Origin: Oceanispirochaeta sp.
Lineage (GTDB): Bacteria; Spirochaetota; Spirochaetia; DSM-2461
Direction of reading: 5' to 3'
DNA: 64,000 nt
NCBI GenBank assembly: GCA_963663385.2
Contig: CAXXXD010000002.1
Span: 1,376,001 to 1,440,000 of the forward strand
Made by a program: the position numbers and the translations under genes. How positions within the stretch are numbered: the stretch's first letter is position 1; each line of letters opens with the position of its first letter. The notes under the pieces were generated by a model, which saw only the letters and a program-made list of their open reading frames with translations, did not search any database and was not told where the DNA came from. Positions 39,337-49,094 of this stretch are shown piece after piece.

Positions 39337-40410
39337 ATGATGAGTATCATTACAAGACATCCCGAGAACCCCTTGATTAAACCGGCTGATATCCCGCCTT
39401 CGACGGAAGGGTATAAAGTCCTGGGCGCCTTTAATCCGGCTGCAGCAGAATTCAACGGGGAAACCCTTTTGCTGTTGCGGGTAGCGGAAAGCTGTATTAA
39501 GGAAGAAGGGTATATCTCAGTGCCCTATTACTGTTTTGGCGAATCCGGGGCCAGTCCTGCCATATTGAAGGTTCGGGAGGATGACCCTGATGTGACATTG
39601 AAGGATTCCAGGGGTGTTCTCTATAAGGGCATCGATTATCTGTCCACCCTCTCCCACCTTCGTCTGGCCCGCAGCCGGGATGGTATACACTTTACTGTAG
39701 ATGATAAACCTTTTATTTTTCCGACATTGGAGAGCGAAACGTTCGGCGTGGAAGATGCCAGGATATCCAGAATGGGAGAGGAATACTGGATTAATTATAC
39801 GGGAGTTTCCCGGGACGGGTTCTGTACTATGCTGGCTGTAACAGAAGATTTTGTTCATATTGAGAAAAAAGGGATCATCTTTCCGCCAATGAACAAAGAT
39901 GTTGCTTTGTTTGACATGCCCTGCAACGGGAAATACTACTGTCTGCACAGGCCGAATAACGAAGGATTCGGTCGTTCATCAATATGGATAGGCAGTTCTC
40001 CGGATCGTCTTCACTGGGGAAATCATAAATGCCTCCTCCGGCCAATGGAAAACCGTTTTGAACGGATGAAAATAGGAGGCGGCGCACCTCCTTACCTGAC
40101 TGACGAGGGGTGGCTGACAATCTATCACGGAAAGGGAGAAGGACAGCGTTATACCCTCAATACGCTTCTTCTGGACAGGGATAATCCGGAAATCATTCTG
40201 GGCCGGGGGAAGATGCCTCTTCTGGAACCGGAAGAGCCCTATGAAACCGTGGGGTTCTTCGGCAATGTGGTATTTACCAACGGATTGATTGTAAAAGAGG
40301 GGATCCAGGGGCGAACTGCCTGGATCTACTATGGGGCCAGTGATGATTCAGCCTGTCTTGCTACTGCCCGGCTGGATGATCTGGTCGACCACGCTCTCGG
40401 AAAAATATAA
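39337..40410 (+). CDS. GH130-family glycoside phosphorylase/hydrolase
   Basis: GAFNPAA, YLSTLSHLRLARS.DG, GVEDARI, NKDVALF, LHRP, KIGGG and GNVVF motifs. Confidence 0.9.
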   Translation: MMSIITRHPENPLIKPADIPPSTEGYKVLGAFNPAAAEFNGETLLLLRVAESCIKEEGYISVPYYCFGESGASPAILKVREDDPDVTLKDSRGVLYKGIDYLSTLSHLRLARSRDGIHFTVDDKPFIFPTLESETFGVEDARISRMGEEYWINYTGVSRDGFCTMLAVTEDFVHIEKKGIIFPPMNKDVALFDMPCNGKYYCLHRPNNEGFGRSSIWIGSSPDRLHWGNHKCLLRPMENRFERMKIGGGAPPYLTDEGWLTIYHGKGEGQRYTLNTLLLDRDNPEIILGRGKMPLLEPEEPYETVGFFGNVVFTNGLIVKEGIQGRTAWIYYGASDDSACLATARLDDLVDHALGKI

Positions 40411-40420
40411 GGACATACTG

Positions 40421-41578
40421 ATGCGAATAGCCATGATATCGACTTATCCCCCAATAGAATGCGGGATTGCAACATATTCTGAAAACCTTTGCCAGGCCTT
40501 TCATAAAGAAGAGGATGAAATTGTCGTGATCAGTCAGCACGGTGCCCATGGACCGGATGTATTTCCTGTCTATAATGCGGCAGATGATAATATCGCTGCG
40601 GAAATTTTCAATATGCTGAGTAAGCTGACTCCGGATATTGTCCATATTCAGCATGAATTCGGTCTTTACGGAGAACAGCATGGTATTCAGGTCAATGAGT
40701 TGATACTGCGTCTTCGTATGGCCGATCTGCCTGTGGCAGTTACTCTCCATACGGTACGGAATCCCATGCCCCGGGAGGATCAGATTGTCCTTAAAAATAT
40801 TGTACAGGACAGTTCGGTGGTTATTGTGCATGAGCGTCTGCAGAAGGATATCCTGGAGGAAGTCTTTGGTAATCCCGGAAATATCAGGGTTATTCCTCAT
40901 GGTGTCCGGGATATCAAACCTGTGCCGGGAGCCCGCAGGCTGCTGGGAGTGGAAAGGTATAAAACAGCCCTGCTGGCTGGATATTACAGGCCGACCAAAC
41001 GGTTTGAACGGGTTGTTGATCTCTGGCCGGAAGTGGTAAAACGCTGCCCGGACGCACTTCTTGTACTGGCAGGTAAAATGCGGAATATCAGCTATTCCGA
41101 TTATTACCGGACATTAATGAGAAAAGTAGAGGAGTCCCCTGTACGGGACAGCATACTTGTACTGCGGGGGCAGTTTCCCCAGCATACCTTCGATACGATT
41201 ATCTCCGGGGCTGACTGTATGCTCCTCCCCTATGAAGCGGGAGCCCAGAGTGGCATTCTCTCCAATGCGGCAGCCTTTGGAGTTCCTGTTGTTACCTCAG
41301 ATCTGGATAGTTTCGAACAGTGGACCAGAGAGAGCGGGGGCGGGCTCGCGGCTCATTCGGACGAGGAGTATATCGATTATATCTGTCAGGTTCTGGACGA
41401 TCACAGTCTGCAGAAAAAACTGAAGAGGAATATGAAGGAGTATATCAGGCCTATGCTCTGGGAGGCGGTTTCGCTGAAGCACCACGAGGTGTATGAAGAG
41501 ATTGCCCGAAACCCGAATGTCTCTTCCCGTTATTTTTATGTTCCGGAGACCCGGGAACAAAGCCATCTTCATTTTTAA
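40421..41578 (+). CDS. GT4-family glycosyltransferase
   Basis: STYPPIECGIATY, HIQHEFGLYG, VTLHT, IPHGV and LPY....SG motifs. Confidence 0.9.
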   Translation: MRIAMISTYPPIECGIATYSENLCQAFHKEEDEIVVISQHGAHGPDVFPVYNAADDNIAAEIFNMLSKLTPDIVHIQHEFGLYGEQHGIQVNELILRLRMADLPVAVTLHTVRNPMPREDQIVLKNIVQDSSVVIVHERLQKDILEEVFGNPGNIRVIPHGVRDIKPVPGARRLLGVERYKTALLAGYYRPTKRFERVVDLWPEVVKRCPDALLVLAGKMRNISYSDYYRTLMRKVEESPVRDSILVLRGQFPQHTFDTIISGADCMLLPYEAGAQSGILSNAAAFGVPVVTSDLDSFEQWTRESGGGLAAHSDEEYIDYICQVLDDHSLQKKLKRNMKEYIRPMLWEAVSLKHHEVYEEIARNPNVSSRYFYVPETREQSHLHF

Positions 41579-41588
41579 ACGGCAGAGA

Positions 41589-43028
41589 TTAAGCTCTTAA
41601 CAACTCCTCAAGCAGTTCCTTCAGTTCCACCCGGGCGAAGTTCGAGAAACTGTCGGACATGGCGTAAGGGATAACCAGCCATCCGTTATGGATAAGGGAA
41701 CCGCAGCTGTAGAGTACATTGGGAACATACCCGCTCCTTTCCTCTTCGTTGGGCGTCATTAGAGGTTTTTTCAGGGATCCGATAACCTTTGTGGGATCCT
41801 TAAGATCCAGCAGTATGGCCCCCAGGTAGTAGGTCCGGACCGGACCTACCCCATGGGTCAGGACGAGCCAGCCCTCAGCTGTTTTCATGGGAGATCCGCA
41901 GTTGCCAAGCTGAATCAGTTCCCAGTCTTCATGGGGTATTGCTATAAGGGAAGGGTTCTCCCACATCTTGATATTATCCGAGAATACCACGTAGATATTC
42001 TCATTATCCAGACGGGAAAGCATGGCATATCTGCCGCCGATTTTTTCCGGAAAGATAGCCATTCCCTTGTTTTTGGCCGCATCCCCATGGAGGGAGGATA
42101 CTGTAAAATGGATAAAATCCCGTGTTTCGATCAACTGGGGGATTATGGCGCTGCCGTTAAATGCGGTATAGGTGGCATAATACAGGCAGTGCCTTTCCTC
42201 AGGATCTTCGAAGCAGACAAAACGGGCATCCTCCAGCCCTTTCTTTTCACTCTTGGATACGGGAAAGATGACTCTGCTTGAAATGTCCGTTTTGGAATGA
42301 AAGGCCATGGAATAATTTGAACTGGCCAGCAGATTCATGGTATCAATGATTTTTGCTTTGCCCCGGTCTTTGCTGTTCTCTTCGTAATTCTGAATAGCTT
42401 CATCCAGTTCTTCCCGGGAAAAGTGGGCTATCAGTTCATTCAATATGGGTGCGGCTTTTTCTGTCAGTCCTGCTTCATCCAGGGAGAGCAGGAACTCGTC
42501 TTTGCTGTAGAGGGTGGACTTGCGGATGGTTGCCTGCTCAATGAGACATTTATTTTCCTCTATGGTTATACTTCCGTCTGCGTGGACGATACCAGGGCGG
42601 AACACAATGGAGGAAATGTGTCCTTCTCCTACAGCACGGAAACTGACTATGACCCTAAGCTCATCCTTTTCTATTCCGCTTTGAACGGGGTGGGGGACAA
42701 TGGAAGGATTAAACAGGGCGGCTGATTCCACACTGTACTCCATGGTGAAATAGGAACCTATCAGAAGTTTCTGATTCAGAGTCGTCTCCTGTTTGATATA
42801 ATGACTGACTGTGTTGTAATTATCCTTGAAGATCCTCTCTATATCACGGTGACGGTTTTTAAAACGTTCAAATACTTCATCAAGAAGTTGCTCCGTCTCC
42901 TTTTTATCTTTTTCGAGGAGCCGCTCTATGATACGCCTTTCCCTGTCCGGATTATCAATAGTGAAGTATTTCGCAATGACCCGGCGGTAATTGGGAGATA
43001 ACTTCTCATTAGATCGAATAACATTCAT
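41589..43028 (-). CDS. Long GH130-family glycosidase/phosphorylase
   Basis: EYSVESAALFNPS, RAVGEGHISSI, GLEDARF, NKGMAIFP, QLGNCGSP and GYVPNVLYSCG motifs. Confidence 0.88.
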   Translation of the reverse strand: MNVIRSNEKLSPNYRRVIAKYFTIDNPDRERRIIERLLEKDKKETEQLLDEVFERFKNRHRDIERIFKDNYNTVSHYIKQETTLNQKLLIGSYFTMEYSVESAALFNPSIVPHPVQSGIEKDELRVIVSFRAVGEGHISSIVFRPGIVHADGSITIEENKCLIEQATIRKSTLYSKDEFLLSLDEAGLTEKAAPILNELIAHFSREELDEAIQNYEENSKDRGKAKIIDTMNLLASSNYSMAFHSKTDISSRVIFPVSKSEKKGLEDARFVCFEDPEERHCLYYATYTAFNGSAIIPQLIETRDFIHFTVSSLHGDAAKNKGMAIFPEKIGGRYAMLSRLDNENIYVVFSDNIKMWENPSLIAIPHEDWELIQLGNCGSPMKTAEGWLVLTHGVGPVRTYYLGAILLDLKDPTKVIGSLKKPLMTPNEEERSGYVPNVLYSCGSLIHNGWLVIPYAMSDSFSNFARVELKELLEELLRA

Positions 43029-43142
43029 AACTCAATTATATTTCATCTTTGTATGATTTGAAAAAAAAAGATGCTTTATACCCAGTTAAAATGACCCGAA
43101 TACTTCCGGCAATTTGACAGACCGTAAAATGATTTCTATAAT

Positions 43143-43156
43143 TGCACACGTTTGCA
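43143..43156. promoter_or_regulatory. LacI-type operator
   Basis: TGCACACGTTTGCA, a palindrome with one mismatch and central CG, between the divergent GH130 and LacI genes. Confidence 0.6.
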
Positions 43157-43178
43157 GCGATTTGTCTGAGGAGGAACC

Positions 43179-44219
43179 ATGAGAACGGGACGTTCTCTTA
43201 CTATCAAGGATATTGCCGAGCTGGCAGGAGTCAGCCATTCCACCGTATCCAGGGCCCTGAATAACAGTTCCCTGGTTAATGAGAACACACGATTGAAAAT
43301 CCAGAAGATTGCCCGGGAGAGGAACTTCGCCTTTAATGCCAGCGCCCGAAGCCTGAGCAGAAGGGAAACCGGGGTTATCGGTGTTATATACATGACGGGG
43401 CTGGATGTTTTTGGAGCATCTCTGTATGCCGCACAGTTGTTTCAGGAATTGCGGCACTGCCTTGAACGCTATCAGCTTGATCCCATACTTCTGGAAGCGT
43501 ATGATCCGGTAAGCGGGCAGAGCAATATCAGGCGTCTTTTGATTCAGAATAAAGTGGATGCCTTTCTGCTGATTCACTCCTATATACGGGAAGAGGATTA
43601 CAGACAGCTGGAAGAGAGCGGTTTGCCGGTGGTTCAACTTCATGCTGTCGGACGGAATCCTTCCCGGAATAATCTGGATTTTTTCATTACTGATAATGTT
43701 CTGGGTGGAAAACTGGCGGCTGCACACCTTATAGAGAGGGGCTGCCGGCGGATACTCACTCTGACTGTAAGAGAAGAAAATGACAGTAACCGGGAGTTCG
43801 AGAGGCGGACACAGGGGTTCCTTCAGGGAGTGAAAGAGAGTCCGTTATCTGTTCTTTCAGAAGTAAGAACGCTTCAAAGCTGTTCTTATAGGGAGTGTTA
43901 CGCATTTATTAAGGAACATAAAGCTTTGATAGAACAAACGGATGGACTGTTTCTTCAGGCTGATATCCTTGCTTTCGCTGCCGTTTCGGCCCTGAATGAG
44001 ATAGGCATTCCGGTTCCGGGAAGCATAAGGCTGATCGGCTATGATGATACGGCAGCGTGTCTGATGACAGAGCCCGAAATTACCACGATCCATCAGCCTA
44101 AGGAAGAACTCTGCCGGCAGGCCTGCGAACACCTCTTCAGAAAAATGAAAGGGAAAGGTGAGGAAGATTCCAAACAGGTTCGACTGGAACCCTATGTGAT
44201 TCAGCGGGGATCCTCCTGA
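43179..44219 (+). CDS. LacI-family transcriptional regulator
   Basis: TIKDIAELAGVSHSTVSRALN HTH; IGYDD and TTIHQP motifs. Confidence 0.93.
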   Translation: MRTGRSLTIKDIAELAGVSHSTVSRALNNSSLVNENTRLKIQKIARERNFAFNASARSLSRRETGVIGVIYMTGLDVFGASLYAAQLFQELRHCLERYQLDPILLEAYDPVSGQSNIRRLLIQNKVDAFLLIHSYIREEDYRQLEESGLPVVQLHAVGRNPSRNNLDFFITDNVLGGKLAAAHLIERGCRRILTLTVREENDSNREFERRTQGFLQGVKESPLSVLSEVRTLQSCSYRECYAFIKEHKALIEQTDGLFLQADILAFAAVSALNEIGIPVPGSIRLIGYDDTAACLMTEPEITTIHQPKEELCRQACEHLFRKMKGKGEEDSKQVRLEPYVIQRGSS

Positions 44220-44244
44220 ATGACTACACTAGAGACTTGTTATG

Positions 44245-44283
44245 ATAACCGAATAGACGGGGCAGACCCGTCTATTCGGTTAT
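44245..44283. terminator. 17-bp perfect stem-loop between convergent genes
   Basis: ATAACCGAATAGACGGG-GCAGA-CCCGTCTATTCGGTTAT. Confidence 0.75.
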
Positions 44284-44291
44284 TACAGAAT

Positions 44292-45392
44292 TTATCCCTT
44301 GACCGAACCGGCCATAAGGCCCCGGACAAAGAATCTCTGGAGGCTGAAGAATACAGCCAGAGGCAGGATCATACTCATAAAGGCTCCTGATGTTAACAGA
44401 TGCCAATCCTGACCCTTTTCACCAACCATGGCAGCCAGGGCGCTTGTAACAACCCTGTTTTTATCTCCCAGAAAAACAAGTGCTACCAGGTAGTCATTCC
44501 ATACCCAGAGGAACTGGAAGATGGCAAAGCTGGCCAGCGCCGGTATGGAGAGGGGCAGTACAAGCCTGACAAAAGTCGTAAAGGGCGTTGCCCCGTCCAG
44601 GTAGGCGGACTCGAAAATATCCCGGGGCAGGTTGCTGATATAGTTATACAGCAGATAAACCGCCAGGGGCAGACCGAACCCCGTGTGAGCCAGCCACATA
44701 CAGACAAAGGTGCCCGTAATACCCCATCGGGTAAAGTCCCGGAGAATGGGAATCAGGGCAATCTGAAGGGGAACAACCAGAAGGGCCACTATCATGATAA
44801 ACAGGGGTTTCCGTCCGGGGAATTCCATCCAGGCAAAGGCATAGGCCGCAAAAGCCGCTATAAGGATGGGAATGATGGTGGCAGGGATACTGACGGCAAT
44901 GGAGTTTAATACGGCATCGGAAAAATTATTTCCCTGCCTGGAGATCGTATTGCCCTGAGCATCTGTAAACTCAACCGTACCGGCGGAAAGTACATCCCTA
45001 TAGTTCTGTAGGGTCAGATTGGCACCGAATCCAATCCATTTCTCTTCAAATGTTTCTATCTTGCGGGACCGTTTATTTCCATACCATTTAAAGGACCGGC
45101 CTTCTTCCATCAGAATCCCGTTACGCCATTCTTCAAAGCTGGCGGTATGCCCCTCAATTTCAATAGGGGCATTGGGATCCGTCTCTGCAGGGAGTTCGAA
45201 TTCACCTGTTTTTACCCAGTCCCTGTGGGGGAGTACGGACCACCATCCGGAAGCGTAGATATCGCTGGATTCTCTGAATGAAGTGACAAATACGCCCAGC
45301 GTGGGAATGGTCCAGACCAGTACGATAAATATAAGTACTATTCCGACAGCTAAACGGGCGGGAGTAAATTTCTTTTCTTCTTTATGGCTCAT
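44292..45392 (-). CDS. Carbohydrate ABC transporter permease (MalG/AglG-like)
   Basis: ESAYLDGA EAA loop, FLWVWND and QRFFVRGL motifs. Confidence 0.92.
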   Translation of the reverse strand: MSHKEEKKFTPARLAVGIVLIFIVLVWTIPTLGVFVTSFRESSDIYASGWWSVLPHRDWVKTGEFELPAETDPNAPIEIEGHTASFEEWRNGILMEEGRSFKWYGNKRSRKIETFEEKWIGFGANLTLQNYRDVLSAGTVEFTDAQGNTISRQGNNFSDAVLNSIAVSIPATIIPILIAAFAAYAFAWMEFPGRKPLFIMIVALLVVPLQIALIPILRDFTRWGITGTFVCMWLAHTGFGLPLAVYLLYNYISNLPRDIFESAYLDGATPFTTFVRLVLPLSIPALASFAIFQFLWVWNDYLVALVFLGDKNRVVTSALAAMVGEKGQDWHLLTSGAFMSMILPLAVFFSLQRFFVRGLMAGSVKG

Positions 45393-46471
45393 TTCAGCAC
45401 CTTCCTTCCCCGGAATTCTTTCAGATTGTAAGCCAGGACCGGAATAATAACGATCAGAAGGATTACAGCAATGGCCGAAGCCTGGCCGGAATGCCCGTAG
45501 GTAAACTGTCTGAGGTAAAACTCGTTGGCAATAACATTGGTTCCGAAGTTCCCTCCGGTCATTACACGTACAATATCAAACAGTTTGAGGCTGAATATCA
45601 GAATAGTAGTGGTAACCGTAACAATTGTAGGCATTATGGAAGGGATTGTTATTCTGAAAAAGATAATAAAGGCATTCGCTCCGTCAACACGGGCAGCTTC
45701 ATTGATCTCCTCGGGAATGGCTTTTATGGCAGATGACAGGATAACCATGGCATACCCGGTCTGAAGCCATACCATTATGGCAATTAAAAAGAAGTTATTC
45801 CAGAAAGGCATCAGGAGCCAGGCCTGAGCATCACCGCCAAGGGCTGTCACAATGGCATTGAGAAGGCCGATTTCCGTAACGTTTACTCCCTCTCCTTTAT
45901 AGGCGTAAACAAACTTCCATATTACACCTGCTCCGACAAAGGAGATGGCCATAGGCATGAATATAAGTGATTTAAACAGCTTTTCCTGTCTGGACTTGTC
46001 GGCCAGAACGGCAATAATGATCCCCAGGGATACGCAGAAAAAGGTTCCGAATATCATCCATAACAGGTTGTTTCGAAAGCTCTCCAGCATAATGGGGTCT
46101 GAAAAAGCAAATATGTAGTTATCGAGGAAAACGAACTCCTGTCCGTTGGCTCCCATAAAGCTTAAATGGAGGGATCTCAGGGTCGGTACGACCAGAGCCC
46201 ATACAAGAATGATTACCGCAGGTCCCGCAAAGACTACGGCTACTGCAATGGATCGAATTTTATGAGGCATCGACTGGGCAATGCTGTTCATTACATAAAA
46301 AAGCAGGGCTACAGATCCCAGTCCCCAGATAACGGCGAACAGGGTCATAAGAACTTTATTGTTCTGCATATTCTGCAGAAGGAAAAAGCCTCCGATCAAA
46401 ACAAACAGAGTCACTATTATCTCTGCTATCAGTACGACAGGCTTCCACCTGGATTGGACAATCCGGCCCAT
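45389..46471 (-). CDS. Carbohydrate ABC transporter permease (MalF/AglF-like)
   Basis: FMPMAISFVGA and EAARVDGA motifs. Start reassigned to the ATG at 46471; the ORF track's upstream extension runs through the repeat. Confidence 0.92.
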   Translation of the reverse strand: MGRIVQSRWKPVVLIAEIIVTLFVLIGGFFLLQNMQNNKVLMTLFAVIWGLGSVALLFYVMNSIAQSMPHKIRSIAVAVVFAGPAVIILVWALVVPTLRSLHLSFMGANGQEFVFLDNYIFAFSDPIMLESFRNNLLWMIFGTFFCVSLGIIIAVLADKSRQEKLFKSLIFMPMAISFVGAGVIWKFVYAYKGEGVNVTEIGLLNAIVTALGGDAQAWLLMPFWNNFFLIAIMVWLQTGYAMVILSSAIKAIPEEINEAARVDGANAFIIFFRITIPSIMPTIVTVTTTILIFSLKLFDIVRVMTGGNFGTNVIANEFYLRQFTYGHSGQASAIAVILLIVIIPVLAYNLKEFRGRKVLK

Positions 46472-46531
46472 GTTTTTCTCCTTTTTATGGTACTTGTGAA
46501 TTAAGAGCTGATACAGATATCCGGCTGATGT

Positions 46532-46630
46532 TTCCTTATCCCTGCCCTTTCTCCTGAATAGGAGAAGGGGATCAGTACCCTCTCCTCCGATCTGAGTTAA
46601 CTCAACAGGAGGAGAGGGCTGGGAGGGAGC
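46532..46630. repeat. REP doublet between the binding-protein and permease genes
   Basis: CCCTTTCTCCTGAATAGGAGAAGGG hairpin with left tail, then CCCTCTCCTCC-(insert)-GGAGGAGAGGG with right tail. Confidence 0.7.
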
Positions 46631-46676
46631 AGGAAAACCCAGGATACTGCAGTCTATAGCTCCCAAATTAAAGGAA

Positions 46677-48008
46677 TTACTCAGGCCAGGAAGAATCGAT
46701 GGCTTTCAGAGATTCGTCCAGAGATTTTGCCCCGGAAACATAGGCGGTCATTTCCTTCCAGAAGGATCCGGCTCCAACGGCACCGGGCATCAGGTCTGAA
46801 CCGTCAAAACGGACGCTTGTAGCATTCTGGATAATTTCCGCAACTTTTCTGTCTACATCATTTGTATACCAGCTCAGCTGTGAGTCCTTATGGGGAGAGA
46901 TGGCTCCGCCCGCTTTAACCCAGCCTTCTACAGAAGCGCCGGTAGCAAAATGCTGCATTACCATTCTGACTTCGGGTCTGTCGTTGAACATGGCATAAAT
47001 ATCGCCTGCAACCAGAACGGGGCGTCCCAGAGAAGGATCTACAGAAGGCAGGTAGAAAAAGTCATAGTCTGTTCCGGCAACCAGGTTGTCCGGAAAGAAG
47101 GATGTAATGAAGTTTCCCTGTTTGTGCAGCCAGGCTTTGGGGGGATTCTCGAACATTACCTTGGGCGCGTCTCCGAAACTGGTTGTGGCAATTCCCGTGC
47201 GTCCGCCGTATACCATACCGTCTGCAAACCAGATATCAGTCATGGCTTTTATGGCTTTTCTAACCTCCGGTGAGTCGAACTTCAGTTCACCGGCAACCCA
47301 CTTGTCGTAGTTTTCAAGGCTGGTTGTTCTAAGCATCATCTCTTCGATCCAGTCTGTTGCGGCCCAGCCGGTTGCGGCACCGGATTCGATCCCTACTGCC
47401 CAGGGGCTGTCGCCATCGGATAGAATCGTGTTCTGCAGAGCCACCAGTTCCTCCCAGGTTTCGGGAACTTTGTAACCGGCTGCATCAAATTCTTTCTTGT
47501 TGTACCATACAAGGGATTTTCCATTTACACGGCCCCAGATCCCGGCCATGATATCTCCGCCGGGAGATGCCATAGTGGCCATGTCGAGCCAGCTCTGGAT
47601 ATAGTTGGATTTGACTTTTGACATATCCAGGACTTTGTTAAGGTCGACAACATACCCTTTTGCTACAAAGTTTTTCAGTAAACCGGGCTGGGGAAAGTCC
47701 ACGATATCGGGGGGATTCCCGCCTTCTACGCTGATTCCGATGGAAGCTTCAAATTCCTTGGAACCTTCATACTGAATATCAATGCCGGTCATCTCTTCAA
47801 AGGGTTTGATGGACTCTTCGAATTTAATGGCATCATTGTCTGTAAAAGGACCGGCCATTGTAACAACTTTTCCTCTTACATCAGCGTAGGGATCGTCTGC
47901 TGCGGGGGCAGCTTTTTCCTCAACAACGGTTTCTTTTTTACTGCAGCCTGTAAAAAAGAATGTACCGATCAGCAATACTGAAATTGCTGCCAATAGTGAT
48001 TTTTTCAT
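46677..48008 (-). CDS. Sugar ABC substrate-binding lipoprotein (alpha-glucoside AglE-like)
   Basis: Lipobox FFTGC; FPQPG, KSLVWY, ESGAATGW..TDW and RFDGSDLMP motifs. Confidence 0.88.
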   Translation of the reverse strand: MKKSLLAAISVLLIGTFFFTGCSKKETVVEEKAAPAADDPYADVRGKVVTMAGPFTDNDAIKFEESIKPFEEMTGIDIQYEGSKEFEASIGISVEGGNPPDIVDFPQPGLLKNFVAKGYVVDLNKVLDMSKVKSNYIQSWLDMATMASPGGDIMAGIWGRVNGKSLVWYNKKEFDAAGYKVPETWEELVALQNTILSDGDSPWAVGIESGAATGWAATDWIEEMMLRTTSLENYDKWVAGELKFDSPEVRKAIKAMTDIWFADGMVYGGRTGIATTSFGDAPKVMFENPPKAWLHKQGNFITSFFPDNLVAGTDYDFFYLPSVDPSLGRPVLVAGDIYAMFNDRPEVRMVMQHFATGASVEGWVKAGGAISPHKDSQLSWYTNDVDRKVAEIIQNATSVRFDGSDLMPGAVGAGSFWKEMTAYVSGAKSLDESLKAIDSSWPE

Positions 48009-48056
48009 AAATATACTCCTTTCCTGAACGGCCGCGGGGACCGCAGAATCCAAAAG

Positions 48057-49070
48057 TTAGGTGGTGCCTCTCTCTACGAGGCCGACTTGAAGGTTTATTT
48101 TCTGAATAGCACTGCTCTCTCCTGCCATCCCTTCAAGGAGAAGACCCGCGGCTATCCGTCCGGAATCTTCCAGATGCTGGGAAATGGTAGACAGTTCTAT
48201 CCAGTCAGCAGCTTCAATATCATCAAAACCCAATACGGCCAGTTCTTCAGGAATCCGGATCCCTCTTTCCCTGGCCGCTTTTATAATGCCTATGGCCTGG
48301 ACATCAGACATGGCGAAAATAGCCCTTGGGCAGGTGTTCTTGTCAAGATATTCACTGAACACTCTTAAAGCATCAGACACTATGGTGTTGGATTCAAGAA
48401 CCATTGTATTTTTTATATCTTTTTTATGCTCGGACAGTTTGTCCTTGAAACCTTTCAGCCTGGCATCAGAGGGGTGGCAGCTGTAGGAGAGGGAGTGGTT
48501 GATATCTCCCATAAAAGCACAGGGCAGATAATTCTTTTTCAGGAAAAGTTCAGCCGCAATCTGACCGCCTCTGTAGTCATCTGCCAAAACCCTCGAATAG
48601 TTATCATCATCCGATTCAACCATAACCACATTCAGTCCTGATGCTTTCAGTGTCCTGTGCTGTTCCGCCGTAAGGTTTACAGACATCAGAATCAATCCGT
48701 CGATTCGTCTTGTGAAGGGTACGGAAGTCAGGTACTCATCCAGTTGATCAGCACCTTCGATGGTGTAAATGATCACTTCAAAATTATTCTGTCTGAGTGG
48801 GGATATGACTCCCTCAAGGCGCTCAACAAAGGAAGGCGCCGGAAAAAAAGGTGTCAGAACACCAACACGCCCAACTGACCGGCTTGCACGGCTTCCGGTA
48901 TTGCCCTGCGGGATGTAGTCCAGCTCCTCCATTGCCAGAGAAATAGCCCTTCCCGTGGATTCCTTAACGCTTTCCGCATTATTCAGATACCGGGAAACAG
49001 TAGTAATGCTAACTCCGGCATGAGATGCTACATCATATATTGTTGATCTATTCCCGTTTGCTTTTTTCAA
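48057..49070 (-). CDS. LacI-family transcriptional regulator
   Basis: TIYDVASHAGVSITTVSRYLN; LGFDD and LSTISQ motifs. Confidence 0.92.
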   Translation of the reverse strand: MKKANGNRSTIYDVASHAGVSITTVSRYLNNAESVKESTGRAISLAMEELDYIPQGNTGSRASRSVGRVGVLTPFFPAPSFVERLEGVISPLRQNNFEVIIYTIEGADQLDEYLTSVPFTRRIDGLILMSVNLTAEQHRTLKASGLNVVMVESDDDNYSRVLADDYRGGQIAAELFLKKNYLPCAFMGDINHSLSYSCHPSDARLKGFKDKLSEHKKDIKNTMVLESNTIVSDALRVFSEYLDKNTCPRAIFAMSDVQAIGIIKAARERGIRIPEELAVLGFDDIEAADWIELSTISQHLEDSGRIAAGLLLEGMAGESSAIQKINLQVGLVERGTT

Positions 49071-49094
49071 TTATTCACCAATGTTAATCAAAAT

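Noticed and set aside
46472..46666. N-terminal extension of the ABC permease (PSQPSPP...GGEG)
   Set aside because: It is the translated REP doublet; a downstream ATG with an AGGAG SD at 46471 is the better start.
44292..48008. ABC operon lacking an ATPase
   Set aside because: Common for carbohydrate ABC systems that share an ATPase encoded elsewhere.
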